64,000 nt of DNA, from contig CAXXXD010000002.1 of NCBI GenBank assembly GCA_963663385.2, positions 224,001-288,000 of the forward strand, read 5' to 3'. The DNA comes from Oceanispirochaeta sp. GTDB lineage: Bacteria; Spirochaetota; Spirochaetia; DSM-2461. Both the position numbers and the translations under genes were made by a program. The first letter of the stretch is position 1, and each line of letters starts with the position of its first letter. The notes under the pieces were generated by a model. It made no database searches. It was not told where the DNA came from and worked only from the letters and a program-made list of their open reading frames with translations. Positions 50,104-59,902 of this stretch are shown here, in pieces.

Positions 50104-50514
50104 ATGAATCAGTTGAACAGTATTATCCTCGAGGGCAATCTGGTGCGGGATCCCGAAGCGAACCTGACCGCCAGGGGAACAAAGGTCTGTAAATTTGCCA
50201 TAGCCAGCAACCGCTATTACAAACAGGAAGGCGTCCGGAACAGCGAAGTTTCCTACTTTGATGTGGAGGTCTGGTCCAGGGTCGCCGAGTCCTGCGAAAA
50301 GCACCTGAACAAGGGACGGGGCGTCCGGGTGGTGGGCCGGCTGAAACAGGACCGCTGGACCGATGATCAGGGCGGCTCTCACTCCAAAATTAAAATTGTG
50401 GGGGAACATGTGGAGTTCAAACCCCAGTATAGCGGTTCGGCAGGTTCCACATCCAACGAGATGGGTGAGGAGGTGGAAACCGGTGAGGAGCTGGTTGAGA
50501 CGGTTGAGTTCTGA
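50104..50514 (+). CDS. ssb: Single-stranded DNA-binding protein
   Basis: LEGNLVRDPE, FDVEVW, KGRGVRVVGRL; acidic tail ending in Phe. Confidence 0.95.
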   Translation: MNQLNSIILEGNLVRDPEANLTARGTKVCKFAIASNRYYKQEGVRNSEVSYFDVEVWSRVAESCEKHLNKGRGVRVVGRLKQDRWTDDQGGSHSKIKIVGEHVEFKPQYSGSAGSTSNEMGEEVETGEELVETVEF

Positions 50515-50547
50515 TCGGGGCAGGTGAATCGTAAAACATCCGGAAAA

Positions 50548-50579
50548 CCGGAGCTGCAGAGTGAAATCGGCAGCTCCGG
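50548..50579. terminator. Hairpin between convergent ssb and permease genes
   Basis: CCGGAGCTGC-N12-GCAGCTCCGG. Confidence 0.65.
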
Positions 50580-50603
50580 CAGGATGCGGTTTAACAAAAA
50601 ATC

Positions 50604-52466
50604 CTAAGATTCCCTTATCCTGTCCAGCAGGATAAGCTGATCCCGTACCGATTCCATATTCTGCTCCTTCAACCACACTTCCTCAAAGGTTGAATGCCGG
50701 AAAATACGGGCCAGCCCTGTCAGAATCTTCAGGTGGTCCTCCCTGCGTTTTTCCGATCCGATCAGAATGATCATGGATTTGATATCCGGATGGGACTCAT
50801 CAAAGTAGAGGCCTTCCCGGCAGCGGATAAGACAGAGCCATATCTCCCCGGTTCCGGGAATCAGGATATGGGGTACCGATATGAACGGACTGAGGGCTGT
50901 AGACATCATCTGTTCCCGTTCCTCCAGTTTGCGGCTGATTTCTTCCGAAGTCATCCCCGTAACCGGACCCAGGAGACTGCCGGCCATCTGGAAGACGCCG
51001 TGAAGGGTCTCTTTGTGGCTTATGTCCAGCATATAGGATTTCTTTAACAGTTCATCGGTTATGTCCTGACTAAGCTGTTCCCGGTCTCTTATAATCTCTC
51101 TGAGTTCCTCCTCCAATCCTTCGTTCTGGAGTTTACGGTTAACCATATTCTTGATCAGGTGGAGGGCGGCAAACTCATACCGGCTTCTTTTCCTGCCGTA
51201 GAGCAGGTAGATCAGCAGACCCGTACTGCCGAAGAGCAGCAGGATCTCCAGGCTGCTGACACCCAGTTCTATCAGAAAGTAGCCCATAAGGAGCAGTGCC
51301 ACTACGGGTACATAGGGGTACAGGGGAATCCGGAAGAGGGGAGCGTAGTTGCGGACGCTGCTCTCCCTGAGAATGATAATGGCAATGTTGGTGGCAATAT
51401 AAGTGATCAGGATTACTGTGGACGCCACCTTGACCAGGGCTTCCAGGGGGATGAGAACGGCAATGATGATTCCCAGGCCCGTCAGAATTATAGCAATATA
51501 GGGCGTTCCCTTGCGGTTTGTCCGGGATATAGCTTCCGGAAGCAGACCGTCTCGAGACAGAGCCAGAGGATAACGGCTGGCCGCCATGACCCCGGCGTTC
51601 CCTGTTGTGATAAATGCCAGAGCAGAGGCAAAGACAATAACAAGTTGTCCGGGCCGGCCTGCAATACGCAGGGCGCTTTCGGCAATTGGTGTCAGGGATC
51701 CTGCAAACTCTTCGGGAGGCAGGACTGCCGTGGTTATGCCTACCATGGCAACATATATAAGGGTAATCAGGGATACAGAGAGGATCATGGCCCGGGGGAT
51801 ATCCCTTCCCGGATTTTTCACCTCTTCCGCCATGGTCGTGACATTCAGCAAGCCGCCGAAACTGACAAAAACAAAGGCCGAGCTCTGAAACAGAAGCCGC
51901 AGGCTCTCCAGAGGGGGAGCCTGGGTTCCGAAGAGGCTTCTTCCGGATGTAAAATGGTCTCCCTCCCATTCCCGGAAGCCCAGAATCACATAGGCCAGCA
52001 TAATGGCCAGCAGGGCGAAGACCAGAATAACCTCAAGGGTAATGGCCTCTCCGGTGCCTACCAGGTTCAGGATGACAAACACAAGGGCCAGACCGATGGC
52101 CAGAAGATGAGGAGGTAAACCGAATAATATAAAACCCAGCTCAGCCAGGCCGAAAACAGCAAAAGCCGTTTTGAGTATCAGGGCCAGCCAGCTGAGCAGG
52201 CCCATCACCGTACCAACCCCCGGACCGAGGCTTCGGGTAATATAGAAATAGTCGCCCCCTGCCTTGGGCATGGCCGTTGAGAGTTCAATCAGTGAAAGGC
52301 TGGAAAGAAAGGCGACCGTTCCCGCCAGAAAGTAGCTGAGAATTACCAGCGGGCCGATCTGTCCGTAAGCCAGACCGGGTAGAATGAAGATCCCGCTTGA
52401 GATCATGGTTCCGCTGGCCAGGGCAAACAGCGCTGTGGATGATATGGTTTTTTTGTGATCCGTCAT
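50604..52466 (-). CDS. APC family amino-acid permease fused to a PTS EIIA(Ntr/Fru-like) domain
   Basis: MISSGIFILPG, PKAGGDY, AEEVKNP; C-terminal REQMMSTAL..SVPH..HLKIL. Confidence 0.9.
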   Translation of the reverse strand: MTDHKKTISSTALFALASGTMISSGIFILPGLAYGQIGPLVILSYFLAGTVAFLSSLSLIELSTAMPKAGGDYFYITRSLGPGVGTVMGLLSWLALILKTAFAVFGLAELGFILFGLPPHLLAIGLALVFVILNLVGTGEAITLEVILVFALLAIMLAYVILGFREWEGDHFTSGRSLFGTQAPPLESLRLLFQSSAFVFVSFGGLLNVTTMAEEVKNPGRDIPRAMILSVSLITLIYVAMVGITTAVLPPEEFAGSLTPIAESALRIAGRPGQLVIVFASALAFITTGNAGVMAASRYPLALSRDGLLPEAISRTNRKGTPYIAIILTGLGIIIAVLIPLEALVKVASTVILITYIATNIAIIILRESSVRNYAPLFRIPLYPYVPVVALLLMGYFLIELGVSSLEILLLFGSTGLLIYLLYGRKRSRYEFAALHLIKNMVNRKLQNEGLEEELREIIRDREQLSQDITDELLKKSYMLDISHKETLHGVFQMAGSLLGPVTGMTSEEISRKLEEREQMMSTALSPFISVPHILIPGTGEIWLCLIRCREGLYFDESHPDIKSMIILIGSEKRREDHLKILTGLARIFRHSTFEEVWLKEQNMESVRDQLILLDRIRES

Positions 52467-52575
52467 GGTTACCTCCCGGAATTCCTGAGGATATAAACTA
52501 TAATATATTCACCCTGTGAATACGAGTCCTGTACTGGATGGCTTCAAGAGTTATCCGGGCATCTTTAAAGATGCC

Positions 52576-53145
52576 CTATCTGAAGCTGTATCCTCTTCTG
52601 TTTTGAACAACCAGGACTGATCCCGGTCCGCCTCCGCCAATTTCATTTATCTGGTTGCTGTTCCAGAGCAAACGGGAGGGCTGACTGCCATTTGACAGAT
52701 CGATGTAGCGGTATTGGTTCTCTCCCTTGATTTTCAAACGGTACCTTCCCGGTTTCAGATGCAGGGGATATTCAAAAAAAAAATTTTGATGGTTCCAGTG
52801 ATCTCTGGAACTTCATATACGGCTTTTAGCCGGTTCTGCACTGCAGAAATAGACTGGTCTCGCTGTAAGGATACAGGGATTCATATGAAAGGATATTTCA
52901 ATGGCATTGATGGAGGAGGGGTCGAAATCGATCTCACATAGTTCACAGGATGCCCGTTTGTTCACATCCTCATCAAGTTTTTCAGCCAAAACGAAAGGGC
53001 GAATTCTGAAAAGAGAATTGTCCGGGTCTCTTCCATATTCCCACTCCCGGGGGACCTCTTTTCACTCCTGTCTGATTCCCTCGACAACGGATCGTCCGTA
53101 AAGGACGCTCTCCTTCTCTGTAAAGACCATGGCTGCAGTTTTCAT
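52576..53145 (-). pseudogene. Degraded gene remnant of unknown function
   Basis: MKTAAMVF... interrupted by TGA at 53064 and 52815 and an A10 run (52774-52783); last segment ends TAG 52576, directly before a perfect 20-bp palindrome (52557-52576). Confidence 0.45.
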
Positions 53146-53221
53146 ACGCCTGCTGAATGAAGAGGTATCGCTCAACAGGGGACTGCTGCGGAACCATCTT
53201 CGGCGATAGATACGTTTTACT

Positions 53222-53671
53222 CTATATGATCTCCAGCGATTCAGTTTTCTGAAAATCAGAAATCAGATCAAAACGGCTGACCCTCACTTTCATCAGGGCA
53301 CAGTCGGGAGAATCATAAAAATCACCCAGTTCGGGAAAGCGTTTCAAAAAAAGGTCTCTCACAAATTTTCTGTCGTCATCCGGAGCCACTTCCGCCCGTC
53401 CCTTGACTTCAACACCGGTCAGTCCGTGAAGATCCTGAAGGCTGTTTTGCCGGTTGTCCACAAACAGGGACACTACAGGATGTTTGATCATGTTACTGAA
53501 TTTCCGTGTCGACCGGGGCGTTACAAAGAACAGCTCTCCCAGTCCGGTTGAGGTTATAAAACAGACTATCACGGAATGAGGCCCGTCTGGTCCCTGAGTG
53601 GATATAACGGCAAAAAGCTGCTGTAGGAATAGCCTGCTGACTTTTATTTTCAGTTCGTCGGAAGTACTCAT
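53222..53671 (-). CDS. Pyridoxamine 5'-phosphate oxidase-like FMN-binding protein
   Basis: FAVIST...PHS, FVTPRSTRKFSNM..P.VSL; start set at MSTSDE. Confidence 0.85.
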   Translation of the reverse strand: MSTSDELKIKVSRLFLQQLFAVISTQGPDGPHSVIVCFITSTGLGELFFVTPRSTRKFSNMIKHPVVSLFVDNRQNSLQDLHGLTGVEVKGRAEVAPDDDRKFVRDLFLKRFPELGDFYDSPDCALMKVRVSRFDLISDFQKTESLEII

Positions 53672-54009
53672 CTGTCTTTTTCCTTTCTCTGTTTGGATAT
53701 TTGTTATTTTTCTGTCTGCAAATAAGGGGAAAATATCCCATACCAATATCCAGTCTAGGAGAAACAGACGCTTTTTGCAAAATTGAACCCGGTTGTTATG
53801 ACTTAACCAAAATTAAACGTATTTACATCAATGGGCAGGGTCTTTTGGAATTCTGTAAAATATAAAAAAATCGTCCGGCATATGGTGCGGCAATGAACAG
53901 ATATTTTTCAAATAAAAACAAAAGTGCTCATAATGACGATTATATTGTCATCCCTGGAGCTGAAGATTTCAGGAATTTTGTCAGAAAACGGCTTCCGGGA
54001 CAAGTTTTG

Positions 54010-54222
54010 ATTCTTTAACTATAATGAACCTTCCCGCAGGCTTATGGTAAAATCGAAAATCTGGGATAGAAAAAAGCCTCTGCTTATATTTGATGAACTC
54101 CATAAAATGGATCAGTGAAAATTGTTTTTGAAAGGTATATACGATACCGAAGGGATTCCTCCTTTCTGGAACCTCAGGAGGCTATGGAGCATATTCTTAA
54201 GGTCGGCGGATTTCCGGAATTC
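54010..54222 (+). pseudogene. Remnant of an AAA_14/DUF4143-type ATPase
   Basis: WDRKKPLLIFDELHKMDQ*KLFLKGIYD (TGA 54116 at a normally Trp position), then out-of-frame ILKVGGFPE; Walker A part missing. Confidence 0.7.
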
Positions 54223-54235
54223 TCGGGCGATAAAA

Positions 54236-54480
54236 TCATTCCGGAGACTGAACAACCTTCAGCATATAATCAATATTATCCATTAAAACTTTTATTTTCT
54301 TTTTGTGGCCGGCCATCTGAGATCCAATATCTTTACTGGAATCAGTCAAACGGAAAAATGACCGGTTGATTTCATTGCTCAGCTCGTTGGCTTTCCCCTG
54401 GTTTGAGTTAATACTCGTCATCTGTTCTTTCAGATTGTTCATTCTGCTGATAACATCGGCAACAGCATCTTTACTGACTC
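54236..54480 (-). pseudogene. Coiled-coil fragment, possibly the C-terminus of a methyl-accepting chemotaxis protein
   Basis: Heptad-like AVADVISRMNNLKEQMTSINS...; no SD; lies among other remnants. Confidence 0.3.
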
Positions 54481-54710
54481 TTACCTGTCTACATAGGATT
54501 ATTTTTCCTTAAAATAATGAGAATCTAGTTTTGAAAATAAGTTATTTTAGTTCACATTTGGCGATGGCGCAATTTTTTTATTTATGAGGAGACGGGGTAC
54601 ATTCTCCGGTTATTGTTGCAATATACGATTACCATGCTGAATATTGTCAATTCAAATTAAGGCTTTGGATCGACAATATTTATAATAGACTGTAACCGGA
54701 GAATCCTCTT

Positions 54711-55166
54711 CTATTTCAAAGGAACACAAATCTCACAGTAATGGTTCTCCACCAGCTCCGGGATATAGCGCTCCATAATCGGCTTCGATGTATCCCATGA
54801 ATAACTCAGTGCCGCCAGTTCGGGAAAAATGCTGTTCCATCCATTTCTGACAGCTTCTTCAGTATGCTCTATTCTGAACACAGCATACTTCCCGCCGGGG
54901 AGACTGCCTGAACGGATATTTTCCCCGGTCGGTATAAAATCCTCCGGAATCACTATACAGGTATCATAACGGCATTTTCCGGGAGCTGTTGTTTCGGGAT
55001 TGTCCTGAGCAATCCCGAGGATAACTGAATCCCTTGTTAATAATTTGCTGGACTCTGCCCATTTTTTTAACTCTTCCATAATTATCCTGTTTCCCGCACC
55101 ATAAGGTCCGGTCTGCCGTAAATAGGCAATTCTGCCAGATGGGATATTTTCAGTTTTGATCTGCAT
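54711..55166 (-). CDS. GyrI-like small-molecule-binding protein
   Basis: IAYLRQTGPYG, DNPETT..CRYD, LPGGKYAVF, CEICVP. Confidence 0.9.
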   Translation of the reverse strand: MQIKTENIPSGRIAYLRQTGPYGAGNRIIMEELKKWAESSKLLTRDSVILGIAQDNPETTAPGKCRYDTCIVIPEDFIPTGENIRSGSLPGGKYAVFRIEHTEEAVRNGWNSIFPELAALSYSWDTSKPIMERYIPELVENHYCEICVPLK

Positions 55167-55473
55167 AAAGTTCTTTCCTTAATATAAATAGTATTATGAT
55201 CGCGATACATACGGATAAGGTAAAAGCATTAAAAATAGAATGCAAGTTGATTTTTAAAATATTTTATATATGGGATTTAATTGGAATTGCAAAGGCGCAT
55301 CAGAATTGAACGCACCGTCCTGATGCAACTGATGCCGGTTCCCGATTACAGGAGGAATTTCAGCCGGGTGCAGTACTGTATTGAGATGGAAGCCGGTGTT
55401 GTTTTATGCCATAGTCAATCGAACCCGTCAGAATTCTCTTGCCAAAGTGTTTCAAGGGGATTATAGTATATTA

Positions 55474-55489
55474 GTTTTTACGTGAAAAC
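55474..55489. promoter_or_regulatory. LacI-type operator upstream of the regulator gene
   Basis: GTTTTTACGTGAAAAC, matching the site at 56571. Confidence 0.7.
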
Positions 55490-55553
55490 GGATGAAACTT
55501 ATGCCACGTAGACAGACTGCAGAGGAGGGCGTCCCCGGGAGGACGGAGAACCA

Positions 55554-56552
55554 TTGGGCGTAACCATCAATGACGTAGCCAGAAAAGCGGGGGTTTCCCA
55601 TACCACCGTGTCCTGGGTGATCCACGATGATCCCCGGATTACCGGGGAAACCAAGAAGAAGGTCATGGCCGCAATCCGCGAACTCGACTACCATCCCAAT
55701 TATATGGCCCGGAGTCTGGTCAAAGGCAAAACCGATACCATCGCCGTTCTGGCGTCCTTTTTCTCATCCCCCTTTGAGATGGAAGTCCTCAAGGGAATGG
55801 AGAAGGTCGCGGACAGCCGGCTGCTGCGCTACAACCTGAATCTGTACACGACCCGGGATCGGGAGCATGAGGTGCTGATGGAGATCCTTAACGGCAAAAG
55901 GGCCGATGCGGCGATCCTCCTGAACAGAAAACCCGATAAGGAGGTACAGGACCGCTATGCCCGGGCCGGAATGCCCCTTATCCTGCTGGATGAATCGGTG
56001 CCGGGACTCCTTTCTGTCCGTCTGGACAATGAAAAGGGGGCCTTTCAGGCCACCCGGTATCTGCTGGAGAAGGGGCACAGGAGTATCGGCATTGTGATGG
56101 AGAAGCAGTCGACGGAAATCGACTACTGTCAGGAACAGCGGTATCGCGGTTTTGCCGGGGCTATGAAGGAAGCGGGTCTGCCCGCCGATGAATCCCGGAT
56201 TCTGGAGATTGAGGATTTTTACTTTGAAGAGGGCGAAGCCCTGCTGCGAAGGATTGACGAGGAGAAGCTCGATTTCGACGCCCTGCTCTGTGCCGCCGGG
56301 GATATTGTCGCCATGGGAATGATTTCCGAGGCCCGGAAACGGGGAATAGCCATCCCCGGCTCACTGGCGATTGTGGGATTTGATGATATTCAGGCCGCCT
56401 CGCTGGTGAGTCCCGCCCTGACAACGGTGCGTCAGCCTCTTTCGGAGATGGGAGCCCGGCTCCTGGAAGAGACCGTGAACCGGCTGGAAGGAAAAGGTGA
56501 GGTCCGGGATATTATATTTGAACCTGAACTGGTCATCCGGGAGTCGAGCTGA
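55554..56552 (+). CDS. LacI family transcriptional regulator
   Basis: TINDVARKAGVSHTTVS; IVGFDD; PALTTVRQP; TTG start. Confidence 0.95.
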   Translation: MGVTINDVARKAGVSHTTVSWVIHDDPRITGETKKKVMAAIRELDYHPNYMARSLVKGKTDTIAVLASFFSSPFEMEVLKGMEKVADSRLLRYNLNLYTTRDREHEVLMEILNGKRADAAILLNRKPDKEVQDRYARAGMPLILLDESVPGLLSVRLDNEKGAFQATRYLLEKGHRSIGIVMEKQSTEIDYCQEQRYRGFAGAMKEAGLPADESRILEIEDFYFEEGEALLRRIDEEKLDFDALLCAAGDIVAMGMISEARKRGIAIPGSLAIVGFDDIQAASLVSPALTTVRQPLSEMGARLLEETVNRLEGKGEVRDIIFEPELVIRESS

Positions 56553-56570
56553 TATTTTATTTGCGATTAA

Positions 56571-56584
56571 TTTTCACGTGAAAA
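56571..56584. promoter_or_regulatory. LacI-type operator upstream of the ABC operon
   Basis: Perfect palindrome TTTTCACGTGAAAA. Confidence 0.75.
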
Positions 56585-56710
56585 CAGCCGTTTTTATGTG
56601 GAGTGAATCTTCCCTCGTAGAGGGGAAGCCCTCCGGGGCTATAGAGACTGTCCGAAGGCGTTCCGTTGAATATTACGATGTCCCGGATAGAAAAAAAGTG
56701 AGGTACTTTT

Positions 56711-57994
56711 ATGAAAAAACTTTTAACTGCCGGGCTGCTTCTTCTGCTGCCGTTCTCTTTCTGTTTTGCGGGAGGGCAGGCCGACTCTTCCGGTGACGGG
56801 GATGCCTCTGTCATTACTTTCGGTGTATTTGATGAGCTGATGGATGCCTACGGCGCTATCATCGAAACCGAGGATTTCAAGACCCGGTTTCCCGGTGTGA
56901 CCGTAGAGCTTTCCAAGTCCGACTGGGACGGTCATCATGAGAGGCTGGTTTCGGTCATTGCCGCGGGCGGCGGTTCCAACGATATCGAAGTGATCGACGA
57001 AGGTTTTATGGGTCAGTTTGTTACCGGCGGCGGTTTTACCGACCTCTCTCAGGCGCCCTTTGACGGGAATGAAGCAGTCAAAAAACTGGCTCCCTTCGCT
57101 GCGGCCAATGCCCGGACGAATGAGGGCGCCCTTATCGCCCTGCCGGTTGATATCGCTCCGGCTGTCATGTTCTACAGAGAGGATATGGCGTCGGCTTCAG
57201 GGTACGATTTTCAGAGAATGGGCTCCTGGGAGGAGTATCTGAAGGCGGGCCGGGCCGTGACCACCGACAGCAACGGCGACGGGGTGACCGACAGATGGAT
57301 GCTCTCTTCGGCGCAGGAACTGGCTCTGGTCTCCATCAGCAACGGAATCGGCTGCTGGATCGATGAAAAAGGCAACCTGCTGCAGCCCAGGTCCAAATTC
57401 ATCTCCATCCTGGAGCTGGTGGATGAGATTAATAAAACCGGAACCCATGCGGACTACGATGCCTGGACCGAACCCTGGGAATCCGGTTTTTCCGAGGGCA
57501 GTTTCGCTACCTCCCTCATGGGAGCCTGGTTCGCCGGAGCCCTGAAGGGCTGGATGGCCGCCGATCAGGCAGGCGAGTGGAGAGTCGGCTACATCCCGGG
57601 CGGCGCTTATATCAACATGGGCGGTTCCTTCCTGGGAATTCCCGAGAGTGTGGATGAAGCGAAGAAGCCTGCAGCCTATGAGATCATGAAGTACATCTGT
57701 ACCAATCAGGATGCCCAGATGTCCACTCTGATGATGATCGGTTCTTTCCCCGCTCTGACCAGCTGTTTTGACGACCCCCGTATGGCCGGAGGAGACGACT
57801 TCTTCGGCGGACAGGAAGTACGCCTCCTTTTTGCCGATGTGGCTAAAAATATCCCTCCCGTTTCCTCAGGAGAGTACGACCAGATGGCCCGCGGTTTCTG
57901 GCAGAGTGCGGTGACCGGTGTCGCTGCCGGTGAATACAACCCCGAAGAGGCCTATCAGTACGTTGTGGACAACCTGAAAGCCAGTATGGATTGA
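56711..57994 (+). CDS. Oligosaccharide ABC transporter solute-binding protein
   Basis: Signal peptide ending CFAGGQ; ALPVDIAP.VMFYRED; GGSFLGIP. Confidence 0.92.
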   Translation: MKKLLTAGLLLLLPFSFCFAGGQADSSGDGDASVITFGVFDELMDAYGAIIETEDFKTRFPGVTVELSKSDWDGHHERLVSVIAAGGGSNDIEVIDEGFMGQFVTGGGFTDLSQAPFDGNEAVKKLAPFAAANARTNEGALIALPVDIAPAVMFYREDMASASGYDFQRMGSWEEYLKAGRAVTTDSNGDGVTDRWMLSSAQELALVSISNGIGCWIDEKGNLLQPRSKFISILELVDEINKTGTHADYDAWTEPWESGFSEGSFATSLMGAWFAGALKGWMAADQAGEWRVGYIPGGAYINMGGSFLGIPESVDEAKKPAAYEIMKYICTNQDAQMSTLMMIGSFPALTSCFDDPRMAGGDDFFGGQEVRLLFADVAKNIPPVSSGEYDQMARGFWQSAVTGVAAGEYNPEEAYQYVVDNLKASMD

Positions 57995-58017
57995 TCCGGG
58001 AATTCCCGGTTGATCAG

Positions 58018-58042
58018 GGCGGAGAGGGTTTCTCTCTCCGCC
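58018..58042 (+). other. Stem-loop after the SBP gene
   Basis: GGCGGAGAGGG-TTT-CTCTCTCCGCC. Confidence 0.6.
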
Positions 58043-58110
58043 GGATAATTCCGTCCCTCCGGGAGAAGGCATCGGATCTCCTTCCGGGGAATTTTAATAA
58101 AGGATTTTCA

Positions 58111-58947
58111 ATGAACTCGTTACACGGTATGACAGGAAAAATCGCAACCTACTTTTTTCTTATACTTTTTGCCTTTCTGTTCGTATTCCCCTTTTACTAT
58201 ATCTTTGTCCTGGCCAGCTGGCCCGATTCCAATATGTTCACCGTCCCTCCCCATATGACCTTTGGAAACGGCTGGTCGGAGAACTGGCAGCATCTGTTTC
58301 ACGAGGTCCCTTCGTTCTGGAGGAATTTTTTCAACAGTGTCATGATTTCCACAATTAATACGGCGGCGGTACTGTTTTTCTGCACCATGGGGGGGGCCGC
58401 TTTCGCCCTGTACAGGTTCAAAGGCCGTGAGATGCTGTTTAAGCTGATCCTCGTTACCTTTATGATCCCCGCTTCCCTTAACATCATCCCCTTTTTTCAG
58501 ATCGTCATTAAGCTGGGATGGATGAATACCTGGTACCCTCTGATCGTACCGGGGATGGCCAATGTTTTCGGTATATTCCTGATGACCCAGTTTATAAAGA
58601 CTTCCGTCCCTGTCGAACTGATGCATGCCGCCCGCATTGACGGGATGGGGGAATTCCGCATACTGCTGGCAATTGTATTTCCTCTGGCCAAAGCCGGTCT
58701 GGCCATCCTGGGGATGCTGACTTTTCTGGGAACCTGGAACGACTTCCTCCTTCCCCTGATCCTGCTGCGGAAGACCGAGATCACCACCCTCCCGATCATT
58801 CTCTCTTCCCTCAGGTCCCGTTCGGGAGGAGGGACCGGTTCGATGATGGTGGGCAATGCCATAGCGGTTATGCCTCTGACCCTGGTTCTGATCTTTTTTT
58901 CCAGGCAGATGATCGCCAATCTGACCGCCGGGAGCATTAAAGGATAA
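58111..58947 (+). CDS. Carbohydrate ABC transporter permease
   Basis: ELMHAARIDG; WNDFLLP; start moved to ATG 58111 after AAGGA. Confidence 0.93.
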   Translation: MNSLHGMTGKIATYFFLILFAFLFVFPFYYIFVLASWPDSNMFTVPPHMTFGNGWSENWQHLFHEVPSFWRNFFNSVMISTINTAAVLFFCTMGGAAFALYRFKGREMLFKLILVTFMIPASLNIIPFFQIVIKLGWMNTWYPLIVPGMANVFGIFLMTQFIKTSVPVELMHAARIDGMGEFRILLAIVFPLAKAGLAILGMLTFLGTWNDFLLPLILLRKTEITTLPIILSSLRSRSGGGTGSMMVGNAIAVMPLTLVLIFFSRQMIANLTAGSIKG

Positions 58948-58950
58948 TAT

Positions 58951-59856
58951 ATGAAAATAAACAGCATAAAATGGACCCCCTACCTGTACATCCTCCCGTT
59001 CTTCATCCTCTTTCTGATATTCGGTGTGTACCCCATCGGCTATTCCGCCTGGATCTCCTTTTTCAAATGGGGCAATACGGGAGCCGTTGAGTTTGTGGGT
59101 ATGCGGAACTATTCACGGTTTTTCGGAGCCGAAAATGATCCCCTTTTTCTGATTTCCCTCAGGAATACACTGATACTGCTGGTTACGGGTTCTCTGCTTC
59201 AGCATTTTATCTCTCTGCCTCTGGCCATCTTTCTGAACCGGGGCTTTGTTAGGGGACGGGATTTTTTCAAGACCGTGTATTTTCTGCCCTATATTACCAG
59301 CGCCGTATCGGTGGCTATTATTTTTCAGCAGCTTTACAACCCCACCGTATCGGGGGCTCTGAACTTTCTGTTCAGCCTGGCGGGGATTAAGCCGATCCAT
59401 TGGCTACGGGATCCGGTGGCTATGAAAGGAGCCATTTCTATCATCCTGAACTGGCGTTTCATCGGTTATTACACCATTATCTATATGGCAGGGCTCCAGG
59501 GGATATCTCCAGAACTGTATGAAGCGGCCCGGATCGACGGGGCCGGAGAGTTTCAGCAGCACTGGCGGATCACGGTGCCCATGATGGTTCCTATCATCTT
59601 CTTCTCCGTGTCCATGAGTCTGATTTTCGGTATGCAGCTGTTTGCCGAACCCTATATGCTCTGCGGAGATTACAGGCAGATGGGCGGGGTGAAAAACTCA
59701 GGGCTTACCATGACCCTGCTGCTGATGACCCTGGGATTCAGGATGTCCCGGTTCGGCCGGGCATCGGCGGTCTCATGGCTGATGTTCTTGGTGATACTGG
59801 TGCTCACATTTGCCAACAAGTACATCACCGACAGACTGGACTATACAAAAGATTGA
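58951..59856 (+). CDS. Carbohydrate ABC transporter permease
   Basis: FVGMRNY; ISPELYEAARIDGA. Confidence 0.95.
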   Translation: MKINSIKWTPYLYILPFFILFLIFGVYPIGYSAWISFFKWGNTGAVEFVGMRNYSRFFGAENDPLFLISLRNTLILLVTGSLLQHFISLPLAIFLNRGFVRGRDFFKTVYFLPYITSAVSVAIIFQQLYNPTVSGALNFLFSLAGIKPIHWLRDPVAMKGAISIILNWRFIGYYTIIYMAGLQGISPELYEAARIDGAGEFQQHWRITVPMMVPIIFFSVSMSLIFGMQLFAEPYMLCGDYRQMGGVKNSGLTMTLLLMTLGFRMSRFGRASAVSWLMFLVILVLTFANKYITDRLDYTKD

Positions 59857-59902
59857 ACCGGAGCCTGGCATCTCAGGCATCCGGCTATAAGGTTAGGCTA
59901 TA

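Noticed and set aside
51159..52118. 319-aa and 264-aa ORFs overlapping the APC permease
   Set aside because: Shadow or alternate frames of a well-supported gene
53062..54118. In-frame TGA codons at 53064 and 54116 as selenocysteine or recoded Trp
   Set aside because: Intact genes in the window end at TGA and use TGG for Trp; both frames carry further lesions
55281..55466. 61-aa TTG-start ORF and a GCATCAG/CTGATGC inverted repeat
   Set aside because: No SD and no recognisable protein or RNA family
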